Part shown: piece by piece, positions 25,751 through 38,700 of the stretch | Layout of the letters: every line of letters begins with the position of its first letter | How positions within the stretch are numbered: the stretch's first letter is position 1 | NCBI GenBank assembly: GCA_040954595.2 | Contig: CM082579.2 | Coordinates: forward strand, 13,207,834-13,271,833 | DNA: 64,000 bases | DNA from: Balanoglossus misakiensis | Lineage: Eukaryota > Animalia > Hemichordata | Direction of reading: 5' to 3' | The notes under the pieces: generated by a model | The model's database searches: none | Told to the model about the DNA's origin: nothing | The model's input: the letters and a program-made list of their open reading frames with translations, nothing else | Translations under genes and position numbers: made by a program

Positions 25751-26829
25751 ACAAGGTGATGGTATACCCAACTTAGACTGTATTCACCACATGTTTACGT
25801 AAATTTAATATGCCAGCTTTTACACAGACCACCAGCTATTCTATTTTGAATTACCCAGTGGCAGGTCACTCAAAATTTTTGAGCAGGTATTCCATGGTTT
25901 CTTGATATCACAAAATCGTCTCGAACAGGTCTCCCATTAGACACTTTTAGCCCCTTGATTAACCAATGTCCAAAAACATTTAGGCATTTCAGAGATCATT
26001 AGTCAGTTCATTAGTCCACTTGTTATGTTGGGTTGAAAAACACACACTTGAATTACTTGCTATTTACAGTCCTGCAAGCTGCTTAAAACTTGTGTGGACA
26101 CTGATTTTATCATGTTGGGTATCTTCAAACTTTGATACCACCCCTAGCAATTTTTTATACTGACATGGTTTCTCTCCAGTGATTTCAACATCCTACTAGG
26201 AATACAACCCCTCCTCAACTTCATAATATAGGGCATGAAATTGCAGGTTTTTGAGAACACTATTCAAAATCATCCCCATCAAGTCTGTAAACGTCTTTGG
26301 ACAGATTTCTCTCCAGAGTAAAACGAAACATGCAATAAAGAGACTTTATGCAATAAAAACATGTTGATCATAACTCCAAACAATAATTTGCTATGTACAA
26401 CATGTCAATCGCTAATAGTAGGTATGGCCATAAGCATAAACCTGTTTGTTTTGCTATCTTCACTATTCATGTTATCTGACTATATTAATACATTTGCAAG
26501 CATACTGTTTCAGACGTAGTGAAGTTGATAAACATTTACGGGTACCTGTTGAAACTTACGGAAGTTGATCAAAAACTGGACACTTCACATAGGATTTTTC
26601 ATCCCCTCTGTAGATTGATAGTCTAACATAGCAGGCAATCTTTCTTTCAAAACTGCAGAGGCCTTTATAAAAAGTTGTTGGCAAGAATGAAAGCTTGGGG
26701 GGGGGGGTGTAGGATTTCCTACATTTTAGGTTATTTTTTTATATGCCCCCCAAAAGTTATGACAAAAAATTGATGACACCTTCAGAATTTATACTCCCTC
26801 CCCCATCATACGCTATCCATATTCATATA

Positions 26830-28060
26830 AATATGTCAATAAATGCCATACTGTCCTGTAGGTTTGAGCTAATATTATGAATTTTCTATTTTTTATCGTT
26901 TTGTCTTTTTCTGCATTATTGGTAAAAACATCTTCATTTCTGAAAGCGATAGACTGACTCCTTCAAAATATAGTATGAAGCTGCCTATAGGTGGTCCGAG
27001 TTACCATAGTTTTGTTCAAATCGAAATTGTTGTAAAATTGGCATTTTTAATTTTGAACAATTTTTGCTCAGAATGCTTTGAAATTTGGTACGCAGATTCC
27101 TAGGGGGTAACCCAAGTAAGATGTAAAATATGCTTAAAATTGCGTGCTTGTGTTATTGGGGAATTTTTGTACAATTTTTATCAAAAACTTTTTTCTCTGA
27201 AAGCGCTTGTCAGGTTGCTTTGAACTTTTAGGTCCCATTTGGGACCTAATGGAATCAGTTGCGTCTGTATGTATGGATGGATGTATGTCTGTATATCCGT
27301 CCACATCAAAAACTTGAAAACCGCTGCGTGTATCACCTTGATATTTGGTGTGTAGATGCATGCTGGGCTGTAAAAGGGAGTTTCTTCAAATGGAGTTGTC
27401 ATTGACTTTAAAAAATATGCAAATTAGGTGGAAAAATTTGAAATGGGTCAAAACTCAAACTCACCAACTACTAATCAGATTAATTTAGAAATTGGTATGA
27501 AGGTACCTTATGTCTACCTCAAACAGTCCTGTATGTTTAGAGCTAATATTGATTTTCTATTTTTGATGCATTTGTTTATATTAATTTTTCAACATTATTG
27601 GTAAAAAATCTTCATTTCTGAAAGTGATCGGCCTACTTCTTTGAAATTTAGTATGAAGCTTCTTATAGGTTGTCTGAGCAACCATGGTTTTGTTCAAATT
27701 ATTGCAAAAAATTACATATTTATAATTTTGATGATAATTTTTTTGTTATTTTTCCCCTCTGAAATCGCTTGTCAGATTGCTTTGATTGATTCGCTTTTTG
27801 GCAGGCATGTTCCTTGTGGTGATTGAAGTTAGGATTTTGAACAATTTTGGTGATATTTGCTTGTATGTGTTTTTGCCACTTTTGAACAAATATTTAGCGA
27901 GTTTTTTGCAAATTATTGATTTTGGTTAGCAAATCTTCTAAACTCATGTCCAGTTGCATTGAAAGTTACTGTTTACAAGGTATTGGTACCCCGAGACTGT
28001 TTACACTACATGTTTACATAACTTAATAGGCCAGCTGTTACAGAGACCATTAGCTATTGA
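26830..28060 (+). mobile_element. DINE-1/HINE-like element region, head at about 27230
   Basis: TTTTAGGTCCCATTTGGGACCTAATGGAATCAGTTGCGTCTGTATGTATGGATGGATG. The 3' part resembles 25735-25840. Confidence 0.6.
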
Positions 28061-28509
28061 ATGTCTGTCAGTCTGTCCAAGGGCTGACTGTAAGAAGTTG
28101 CTTGTCATGTGTGTTTCTACACACAATTTTTGGTCAAACATAAATTTTTCTTGCATCACTTGTAAGACTGCCATGACACATGACAGTCTATTGGGCATGG
28201 TCCTTGTTAATTTTTTTACATTTTCATATTTATATATGGTTAGGTCATATCTGCTTGCCAGTGTCGCATGTGATTTTTATTCTTGTAACTAATTCCGTGT
28301 AATCCTCAAATGGGACCACAGTGTCCTTGACGCTATTTTTTCATAGTCATCCCTAAAAGTCTGGTGTTATGTGCCCCCCCCCCCCCCCCCCAGTTTCTCA
28401 TGTAAAAAAATCGATGGCCCCCTGGAAATCCTACAGCCACCTCAATTCCTGGGGAAGTATATTCTCAACACTCCCTTATATCACATCCCATATATTGCGA
28501 CCTACAGGT

Positions 28510-29430
28510 TTATGATTTGTTACTAACTGCTATGCATATTTCATTCACAGATGGAAGCCATGATTGTCGCAATTTCAACTGGTCCAGGGTTTCTCGTTCT
28601 CCTGTGCGCTGAAGCTTGGTTAAGACTACTTTCTGGTAAGCATGAGTTCATCTATATTTGCTTTTTTAGGGCATTATTGATTTCCTGTAATGTGATTATG
28701 ATGAGGTGAATAAACTGGACATAAATTCAGTTTGGACACATTTAGAATTGGCAGCTATAATTGTATATAGGCGCCTTGAATTTAATTATTTGTTTGCCGT
28801 CCATGGGTGGGTATGTTTTAGGTACAGTGTTATTAAGTCTGTGTGCATGTTTTTGTTGTTTACACATAAATATCATTTGTCACCTGATTGCCATGTAAGA
28901 GTATACCCATATGGAGCTTCTATACTCTGCAGTACTATTACTTAGTCAGATGTAAATGGAGTTTCAAAATTGCTGTTTCACAGATTTATCTGCTAAGTAT
29001 TCTATTGTTATGCGTTGTCACAACACAGCCTTGACCCTACATTATACCATGTTCTGCATATTTTGACTTATTAGTATGACATAATGCAAGTTTGTGATTG
29101 GTTACTTATAAACATGCACATATATTTGATTCACAGGTGTACTGTCTTAAACGGTCATCATTAGGCTGTGCAGGAGGGGGAGAAGACCTTGGACCCTATG
29201 TTAAAGACCCTTGCGGCCCCGTCAAGTACCTTTTTCTGGTAACCACAACTTGTTGTATACATGCTTCATAGCCAGTTTATATGTTACTGTTTTTAATCAA
29301 ATAGTTAATTCACCCTCTCAATTTTATTGGGGCAGCAATCCACCGTTGGTTTATTATGCACACCTCTAATAATCACTTGTCGGATGAATATTCTCCACTT
29401 GGTAACCTTTATGTAGTGCTATCCTCCACG
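28510..29430 (+). repeat. Older, more diverged third copy (unit C) of the exon-bearing segment; exon-like units at 28551-28635 and 29137-29238
   Basis: GTTACTAAC..TTCACAG|ATG...CTG|GTAAGCATGA and TTTGATTCACAG|...CTG|GTAACCACAACTTG. Intervening sequence matches parts retained only in A (about 15370-15440) or only in B (about 22530-22660). Confidence 0.8.
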
Positions 29431-29834
29431 ATCAAGAAGTGGGTTGATTATGACTATTTGAATAGGGTACCTAATTGTATTAAGGGTATAGGGGAAGTAT
29501 TTCACAAATGTTTGTGTACATGGATTTCTCATTTCAACTCATTGGAGATTTTTTTCCTTCATTTTGTGATCTTAGTTAGTTTGGCGCAAATTGTTGCCAG
29601 TTTTGCATATTTGTAATATTTGGTCAATTTTTGCCATTCCGAGTCGAAAATCGTTTTTCTGAAACTTTTTGTCAGATAGCTTTGAAATTTGGAAGGTATG
29701 TTACTACTCAGGCGAGGGGTGTAAACCTAAGTAAACTGTTGGTGTGAAATTTGGTGAAACTTTTGGGAAATTTTGCAACTTTTCATCAAAAATTGTTTGA
29801 AACTACTTGTCAGATTGATTGTAAATTTAGTCAA

Positions 29835-30160
29835 TCTTTGTAGGCCCCATTCAATATATGTGTATACCACTGGGACCTTATGCGATTCAGCTGCTTCTGT
29901 ATCTATGTCCATCCACAACAAAAACTTATAGCCGCAATATTTGGAGTGTAAAGGCTGTTCTGTAGATATAATTTTGTTTAAGTTGTCATGGCCAAAAATG
30001 TGCAAATGAGCTTGAAAAACGTTAAATTGGTCTAAACTCATCAACTACTGGGCAAATTGCTTTATAAATTTGTATGCATGACGACTTCAAAGTCCTGCAT
30101 GTTTTGAGCTCATATCATAAATTTTCTATTTTTTATGCTTGTTTGGACTTTTCCATATTT
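29835..30160 (+). mobile_element. Degenerate DINE-1/HINE-like copy, head at about 29841
   Basis: TAGGCCCCAT...TGGGACCTTATGCGATTCAGCTGC followed by the family internal repeats. Confidence 0.5.
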
Positions 30161-30285
30161 TTTGTAAATAAACAATCCGATCAAAACTCTGGTTGTACTC
30201 AGCTTGTGACTGTCGATAAAACTATTATTTTCAATAAAAATCTGCCGAGAAAATGCAGACTGATTCCAAAGGATTCTTATCTTAA

Positions 30286-31003
30286 GGTGGCACTGCATGA
30301 AACCGTCGAGACTTTTTCAGAGGCCTATTTCTCATCAAAAAAAAAGTTAAAACCCCCATAAACCATATATATTCTGGAAGCTGAGATTTTGAACTTTTGT
30401 TTGAGTTGCAAATATTATTGATCCCCGGAAATGGTGGCGATTTTGGGTGAAAAAAAACATTTTTTGATATTATGTCATGAAATTTAAAATAGGTAAAAAA
30501 GTTGACCATGCATCATGCATCTTAATATGTCATTCAAAACTAGAGTACACGTGCAAAAAAACGCTAATTTTGTTTTGCGTTATCTGCTTCCATTGAGGAG
30601 TAACAGCGTTTAAAAGTTATATTTTCAGAAAATTTGATCAAATTCACGGTGAGTTGTATTGAATCAGAGTTTATTCCCGCCAGGGACACTTTATCGACAA
30701 ACAAAACTAGCGTTTTGTTGGATGGGTCATACACAATTCCCTGTCAAAATTTGAGCAAATTCGGCCAACGCAGGGCGAAGCTATTTTAGTCCGAAGTTGT
30801 CAAGAGCAGCGAAAAACGGCTATTTGCATTGTTGACACCTATTTGTTAAGCTGTAAACTCATTCAGAAAAGTGCTATTTTGGGGTGATTATGCACCATTT
30901 CCGCCAAGACGTATTAGTCAGGTTGTGGGTCAGTATTAGGCCTACCGATTTATGTAAAAAAGTAAAATTTGGCAAAAATCACAACTTTTCATGCAATGCC
31001 ACC
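30286..31003. mobile_element. Non-autonomous DNA transposon, Kolobok-like
   Basis: TTAA|GGTGGCACTGCATGAAA...TTTCATGCAATGCCACC|TTAA. The TIR matches at 16 of 17 bp, the TSD is TTAA, and the 5' ends are purine-purine. Confidence 0.85.
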
Positions 31004-33691
31004 TTAAATAGTATAGGCTGAAACTATTTCCGTCATAACAGAAGGGTTCAAAACGTAATAATCTAATGTTGTAAGTCGCAATCTCGCCTTCCTATCTCCA
31101 GTGAAAAATGATAAGACAACACCAATGGTATGAGTAATGATATAACCCATATTTATTTCAAGTTAACTAAACTGTGATAAAAGCAGTGATAGAACTGGTT
31201 TCAATTTAGAAGGTATTGCTTGGACCACGAAAAAAGACAATTAATACTGACAGTAATGAAACGCATCCCATCCATGCATTCATCAAAAGTAATTTCTCCA
31301 TGCTTTTTGAGCAACTTGGCCTATGTATAGTACCCTATTGTCTCTCAATGCAAGCCACTTGCTTTCACAAAACAATCCCATTTTGCCACTTTGTACTGTT
31401 CTTTATATTTTGATCTGAATCTAAAAATACCATCGACTCATCCAGTGTGAGTTAGCACTGTAATTAGCCAAAGTTATAAATCCACAGTTACCCAGCAAAT
31501 TTGATTTAATGCTTCCCAAAGGTATTGGTTTTGAACTCTCTTCTGAAATAGGTATGAAAATTTTAAAATTTCTACTGTTTCAACCCAGACTAGTTTATTT
31601 CTGAGTAAACAGAGAAATGACAACCGATAGATTATTCCTCTGTAATAAAGACATATGCAGACACAAGAAAAAGTCTGAACATAATCAGTACATTACTAAA
31701 ACAGTGTAGGTACATTGTACTATAAACTCAGGAAGATAAGTGACTATTGTTTGCCAAAAATGGTCCCAAGTCATTTCTCAAGCAGAGCAGAATAGTAGCT
31801 TAGAGAAGCAAAGTGTGATGATTTAAAATGTGAAAAGGCAACACCAATCTCTAGCTCTGCTCTTAGCACTGCAAATGTTATCAGACAGGTAGATAGATGT
31901 TCAGTCATCCTATGTCTGTCAACACTTTTTCTTTTCTGAAATCACTGGTGCAAGTGCTTTCAAATTTGGTATGCAGGTTTCTGGGGGTAGCGAAGTAATG
32001 CGTGTTCAAATTGTGTTGAATTCTGCATATTTGTAGTTTGAAACGAGTTTTTGCTCTCTTTGGAAGAAGAAGTAAGCTTGTAGGATTTCTTTGACTATGC
32101 AAGTTTCTAGGGATAACGCAAGTTGTTTCTTCAAAATGTGGTGAAATTTGCATATTTTTTGGGGGGGGGGAATTTTCTCTGAAATTTAGTATGTATCTCC
32201 ATGAGGTTTGTGACATAACTTGCAATTTTGTATTTTGGGGGCAGTTGCCTTTTTATTTGGACTTAAAATCATATTAGAATATGCATATCTGATTGTCATG
32301 TCCACAGGGGTGATATTATTTGTTTACATTATGACTGAATCTGTAAAGTTTTCATAATGATCTTTAAAATTGGTACGTCTAATTGTTTCGATCTTTGTTG
32401 TGAATTGTCCCTGAGTGATCTTAGTCATTTTTTTAAAATTCTGCTGAATATTGCATTATTATTTTATGTCTGAGTCTGAAGAGTAGTCCTCTTCTCTGAA
32501 ACCCCTTGCCCTAAAGTCAGGTGTCAAATAGTATAATTTGCATATTTGTTGCATATGGGATATTGTTGCAGTTTTTTGAAGTTCAAGATGGCTGCCAATC
32601 TTTGTTTTAACTCTTTGGAAAAACATTTATTTAAATACTTTTCTGAAAACAAGGTGGTGAACATCACATGTTTTCAAACAGTAATTGATATAGCTATCAT
32701 TGTTTCTGAAAATCTTAACTTGTAGGATTCTTTTTTAATCTCTAGCATCTGCAAAGACCACTAAAACAGCAACTCTATAAAAAGTCTTATTGCTAAGTAC
32801 TGACTCAAGGTGGTAAAAAGATATGCAGCTTTTGACTTCTTACAGGCTTACATTTTGTTAGTAATATCAGTCCCTTTTTGGTATTGTGCTGTTTTTTTTT
32901 CAGGAGCTTGGGCCCCATTCCCTGGATTTTTTTTGCACACCTGGCTCTGAAAAGCTGCCACACCTAGGCTTCTCAAATTTGTCACAGCTGTCCTTGCCAA
33001 CGAGTGTGCACCTTGAAATTCCAATCAGTTATTTGACCTGGCAGCCATATTCAGTTAAACTTTTTGAATTAATGCAAATTAGCTGGGACAATTTGAAATT
33101 GGTCAAAACTCAGAAACTCGACAACCACTGGTCAGATTGATTTGACAATTGGTATGCAAGTACCTTATGTCAACCACATACAGTCCTATATTTTTTTGAA
33201 CAAATAGTTTGAATATTCTATTTTTATGCATTTTTTCATCATTTTTGGCAAAAAGTCTACTTTTCTAGAATTGATGAGTCGACTTCTTTGGGCGACGGCA
33301 AAGGCTAGGGGGGAATTTAAACAGATTGTATTGCCTCTATGTGTGTGTCTGTCTGTCTGTACTCCTGTGTAGACTTCTTTTAGTGTAATCACTAAATGAG
33401 ACCACAGTGTCCCTGACGCGATTTTCAGTGACCCCAGGGTAACCTTTGACCAGCTTTCCTATATCTTAGTATTCACAGCAGAATACAGCCTTGGCATACT
33501 AACCCTGGTAACCATGGGAACTGTTTGGGCCCCACCAATGGTGCTGGCAGCTTTAATTTTTAAATGATTTCTTCTTATCATTGTTTTTTTATCAATGATG
33601 ATGACTTGATCTAATCAGTTTTTTAAAATAATTTCATTCTTTTTTTACATTAGGTTCATTGGTAACACTGCTGCTAGAGGGAGTGTAATAT

Positions 33692-34253
33692 TTGTAACGA
33701 CGCCGCCACCTAATACTGTACTGGAGAGATGAACTTAATACTTGTAACGACGCCGCCACCTAATACTGTACTGGAGGGATGAACTTAATACTTGTAACGA
33801 CGCCGCCACCTAATACTGTACTGGAGGGATGAACTTAATACTTGTAACGACGCCGCCACCTAATACTGTACTGGAGAGATGAACTTAATACTTGTAACGA
33901 CGCCGCCACCTAATACTGTACTGGAGGGATGAACTTAATACTTGTAACGACGCCGCCACCTAATACTGTACTGGAGGGATGAACTTAATACTTGTAACGA
34001 CGCCGCCACCTAATACTGTACTGGAGGGATGAACTTAATACTTGTAACGCCGCCGCCACCTAATACTGTACTGGAGGGATGAACTTAATACTTGTAACGC
34101 CGCCGCCACCTAATACTGTACTGGAGGGATGAACTTAATACTTGTAACGCCGCCGCCACCTAATACTTTACTGGAGGGATGAACTTAATACTTGTAACGA
34201 CGCCGCCACCTAATACTGTACTGGAGGGATGAACTTAAACTTGTAACGACGCC
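33692..34253. repeat. 50-bp minisatellite, about 11 near-identical copies
   Basis: Unit TTGTAACGACGCCGCCACCTAATACTGTACTGGAGGGATGAACTTAATAC. Confidence 0.97.
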
Positions 34254-34435
34254 AGACGATGCTTCTGTGACCAGAGGGATGAACAACGCCATGATTTGTT
34301 GATCTGATCTAATTAATAATATTCATTCTTTTTTTTCAATAGGTTCATTGGTAATATCATCGTCGGAGGGAGTCTAATCAATATCTACAACAACGCTGCG
34401 CCAGATAACAATATCATAACCAGAGGGATGCTGTC

Positions 34436-34616
34436 AATAGGTTAGGTTAATAAAAATGGTTTAATCTGAGGGAATGGTAAAGGGTTGGTGTATGAATATG
34501 TTAGGGTAATAAAAAATGGTATAATCTAACGGAATGGTGAAGGGTTGGTGTATGAATAGGTTAGGCTAATAAAAAATGGTACAATGTAATGGAATGGTGA
34601 AGGGTTGGTGTATGAT
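34436..34616. repeat. About 60-bp tandem repeat x3, decaying into C-poor sequence up to about 34990
   Basis: GGAATGGTRAAGGGTTGGTGTATGA occurs at about 34471, 34531 and 34591. Confidence 0.88.
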
Positions 34617-35039
34617 GACTAATAAAACAGTGTGCACAAGGGTACTGTAACAAAACTGTCTGCATGGGTATAATATTATGGTTTCAAGGGTATGATAAGT
34701 AATTAAAATACTATAAAAACAAGGGTAATGCCACGTGGTAAATAAAAACTGTACATGTACAGAGGGTAAATACCGGTATAATATATAAGGGTGTAAACAT
34801 CAATGGTGTAATAATAAAAAATGGGTAACACAAGGTTTTGGTGGTATAATAATAATAAAATGGTATTAACTTGATGGTATAAACATTATGGGATGTGTAT
34901 AAATGGTGTTAATATTACAAAGGTATGATGATTAATTGGGGTGTAATAATAAGAAATTTAAAATCATTGGGTAATTTATTAGTGTCAGGTTGGGTAAAAT
35001 AATTTTTGCTATGCATTCGTGTAATTTGTCTGCCGATTT

Positions 35040-35230
35040 TTTGCAGCGTTACCCGCGTTCGCGTTCTTCATTGCAGGTTGCTCGTCGTGTAATGGAATTT
35101 CGCCGTGTGCCCGTTTGATTCGCAGATGGATTTTTTTACAACGTTACCCGCGTTCGCGTTCTTCATCGCAGTTCGCTCGTCGTGTAATGGAATTTCGCCG
35201 TGTGCCCGTTTGATTCACCGATGAATTTTT
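35040..35230. repeat. 95-bp CpG-rich direct repeat x2
   Basis: CGTTACCCGCGTTCGCGTTCTTCAT...GTGTGCCCGTTTGATTC occurs at 35047 and 35142. Confidence 0.9.
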
Positions 35231-35657
35231 TGCTTTCGTCATCGTAATTCCCGCATCAACACGAATCCTCAATCTCACGTAACAACAATACATCAAAATG
35301 TACACAGAAAAATAGGAGTCGGCAAGACAATTCTGGTTAGTGTGAGCCCCAACCTTTTAAAATTCACAACGGGGGAGGGGGCAGTTTTTCCTCATTTTAT
35401 ATTTGGCTCGAGGTTTTTAACTGTCCCCAGGCGCGTAAAGTTAGTTAGTTTATCACACAGAATGTAATTATCTTGCTTGATTTAAAAAAAACGCTAAAAT
35501 TGTATGGGGGAGCTTCTTGCGATTTGCACTTAAGAAACTGATGGTTTTTACCCATAGGTAATAATTAGTATTAACACATAATTGCCTAGAAATAAAAATT
35601 AACTCAAGGGTAGAATGCAACAGTTTATTTTGTGCAATATCAACAGGAGCTATTTTG

Positions 35658-35765
35658 GCACATTATTTCAGTTTCATAAACACTGTTTTTGCTCATTGTT
35701 TCATTTCGACCACATTATTTCAGTTTGATAAACACTGTTTTTGCTTTTTGTTTTATTTCAACCAC
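35658..35765. repeat. About 53-bp direct repeat x2
   Basis: CACATTATTTCAGTTTSATAAACACTGTTTTTGCT occurs twice. Confidence 0.8.
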
Positions 35766-38700
35766 TTTTGTCACCTTGTTTTAAATTGAATGCAAGCATT
35801 GTTTCTGTTTGACCACTACTTGGGGTAATTGTTCCAAATTGCTATGCAAGATATTTTACATCAGCAGTTAGCCATCTAGCCACACTTTAGCTGCACAGCA
35901 TATGAAAAATAATGAAATTCATGCAAAAAGCAAAAAAGTATTATGGGTATAATGCCATTGCAGCATTGGCGGTTCGACTCCGTCGATACTTACTTTGAAG
36001 CATAAGTCTTCATTATTTTTCATATGTAATAAATAAAACTATTCCAAATTCATATCTTAGTTTTCAGTTTGTGCTTTTGCTTCAGTTAGGGGGCCCACAC
36101 TTACCAAACCTGTCTTGCCATCTTTTCACATTTCTTTAAATATGCAGCGCCAGCAGTAGGCAGTATTTGATCAAATTGACCCACAAATCACTCAAAATTA
36201 ATAGGCAGGATACTGTCCACTCTGGCCTGGTTACTGTCTGGCCTGGTTAATGTTGACGCAAAGGTTGACCCCACGAAACACTCAAAATTAATGGACAGGA
36301 TACTGTCCACTCTGGCCTGGTTACAGTGTGCTCTGGTTAATGTTGACGCAAAGGTTGTCCACCAAACACTCAAAATTAATGGACAGGATACTGTCCACTC
36401 TGGCCTGGTTACTATCTGGCCTAGTTAATGTTGACGCAAAGGTTGACCCCACCAAACACTCGAAATTAATGGGCAGCATACTGTCCACTCTGGCCTGGTT
36501 ACTATCTGGCCTGGTTAATGTTGACGCAAAGGTTGACCCCACCAAACACTCAAAATTAATGGACAGGATACTGTCGACTCTGGCCTGGTTACTATCTGGC
36601 CTGGTTAATGTTGACGCAAAGGTTGACCCCACCAGACATTCAAAATTAATGCACAGGATACTGTCGACTCTGGCCTGGTTACTATCTGGCCTGGTTAATG
36701 TTGACGCAAAGGATGACCCCACCAGACACTCAAAATTAATGGGCAGAATACTGTCCACTCTGGCCAGGATACTGTCTGGCCTGGTTAATGTTGACGCAAA
36801 GGTTGACCCCACCAGACACTCAAAATTAATGGACAGGATACTGTCGACTGTGGCCTGGTTACTATCTGGCCTGGTTAATGTTGACGCAAAGGTTGACCCC
36901 ACCAAACACTCGAAATTAATGGGCAGAATACTGTCCACTCTGGCCTGGTTACTGTCTGGTCTGGTTAATGTTGACACAAGGTTGACCCCACCAGACACTC
37001 AAAATTAATGGACAGGATACTGTCCACTCTGGCCTGGTTACTGTCTGGCCTGGTTAATGTTGATGCAAAGGTTGACCCCACCAGACACTCAAAATTAATG
37101 GACAGGATACTGTCCACTCTTGCCAGGATACTGTCTGGCCTGGTTAATGTTGACGCAAAGGTTGACCCCACCAGACACTCAAAATTAATGGGCAGAATAC
37201 TGTCCACTCTGGCCAGGATACTGTCTGGTCTGGTTAATGTTGACGCAAAGGTTGACCCCACCAGACACTCAAAATTGATGGGCAGGATACTGTCCACTCT
37301 GGCCAGGATACTGTCTGGCCTGGTTAATGTTGATGCAGAGGTTGACCCCACCAGACACTCAAAATTAATGGACAGGATACTGTCCACTCTGGCCAGGATA
37401 CTGTCTGGCCTGGTTAATGTTGACGCAAAGGTTGACCCCACCAGACACTCAAAATTAATGGGCAGGATACTATCCACTCTGGCCAGGATACTGTCTGGCC
37501 TGGTTAATGTTGACGCAAAGGTTGACCCCACCAGACACTCAAAATTAATGGACAGGATACTGTCCACTCTGGCCAGGATACTGTCTGGCCTGGTTAATGT
37601 TGACGCAAAGGTTGACCCCACCAGACACTCAAAATTAATGGACAGGATACTGTCCCCTCTGGCCAGGATACTGTCTGGCCTGGTTAATGTTGACACAAAG
37701 GTTGACCCCACCAGACACTCAAAATTAATGGGCAGGATACTGTCCACTCTGGCCAGGATACTGTCTGGTCTGGTTAATGTTGACGCAAAGGTTGACCCCA
37801 CCAGACACTCAAAATTAATGGACAGGATACTGTCCACTCTGGCCAGGATACTGTCTGGTCTGGTTAATGTTGACGCAAAGGTTGAGCCCACCAGACACTC
37901 AAAATTAATGGGCAGGATACTGTCCACTCTGGCCTTGTTACTGTCTGGCCTGGTTAATGTTGACGCAAAGGTTGACCCCACCAAACACTTGAAATTCATG
38001 GGCAGAATAGTGTCCACTCTCCACCTGGTTCCTTTCAGGCCTGGTTAATGTTGACGCAAAGGTTGACCCCACCAAACACTCAAAATTGATGGGCAGGATA
38101 CTGTCCACTCTGGCCTTGTTACTGTCTGGCCTTGTTAATGTTGACGCAAAGGTTGACCCCACCAGACACTTAAAATTAATGGGCAGGATACTGTCCACTC
38201 TGGCCAGGATACTGTCTGGTCTGATTAATGTTGACGCAAAGGTTGACCCCACCAGACACTCAAAATTAATGGACAGGATACTGTCCACTCTGGCCTGGTT
38301 ACTGTCTGGCCTGGTTAATGTTGACGCAAAGGTTGAACCCACCAAACACTCAAAATTAATGGACAGGATACTGTCCACTCTGGCCAGGATACTGTCTGGC
38401 CTGGTTAATGTTGACGCAAAGGTTGACCCCACCAGACACTCAAAATTAATGGACAGGATACTGTCCACTCTGGCCTGGTTACTATCTGGCCTGGTTAATG
38501 TTGACGCAAAGGTTGACCCCACCAAACACTCAAAATTAATGGACAGGATACTGTCCACTCTGGCCTGGTTACTGTCTGGCCTGGTTAATGTTGACGCAAA
38601 GGTTGACCCCACCAAACACTCGAAATTGATGGGCAGAATACTGTCCACTCTGGCCTGGTTACTGTCTGGCCTGGTTAATGTTGACGCAAAGGTTGACCCC

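Larger units (their letters stand above)
14485..25779 (+). repeat. Tandem segmental duplication: unit A 14485-21458 (contains a 3.2-kb transposon) and unit B 21473-25779
   Basis: Both units start AGAGCTACTATGACTGGTTACTAACTTCTA and end ACCCAACTTAGACT. They are colinear throughout (for example ORFs 15652 and 22870) with copy-specific indels. Confidence 0.93.

Noticed and set aside
33692-34253. CRISPR-like array
   Set aside because: The units are contiguous near-identical 50-mers without unique spacers, there are no cas genes, and the context is eukaryotic.
34436-34990. Telomeric repeat
   Set aside because: Only isolated TTAGG(G) words occur inside 60-bp units; there is no tandem hexamer tract.
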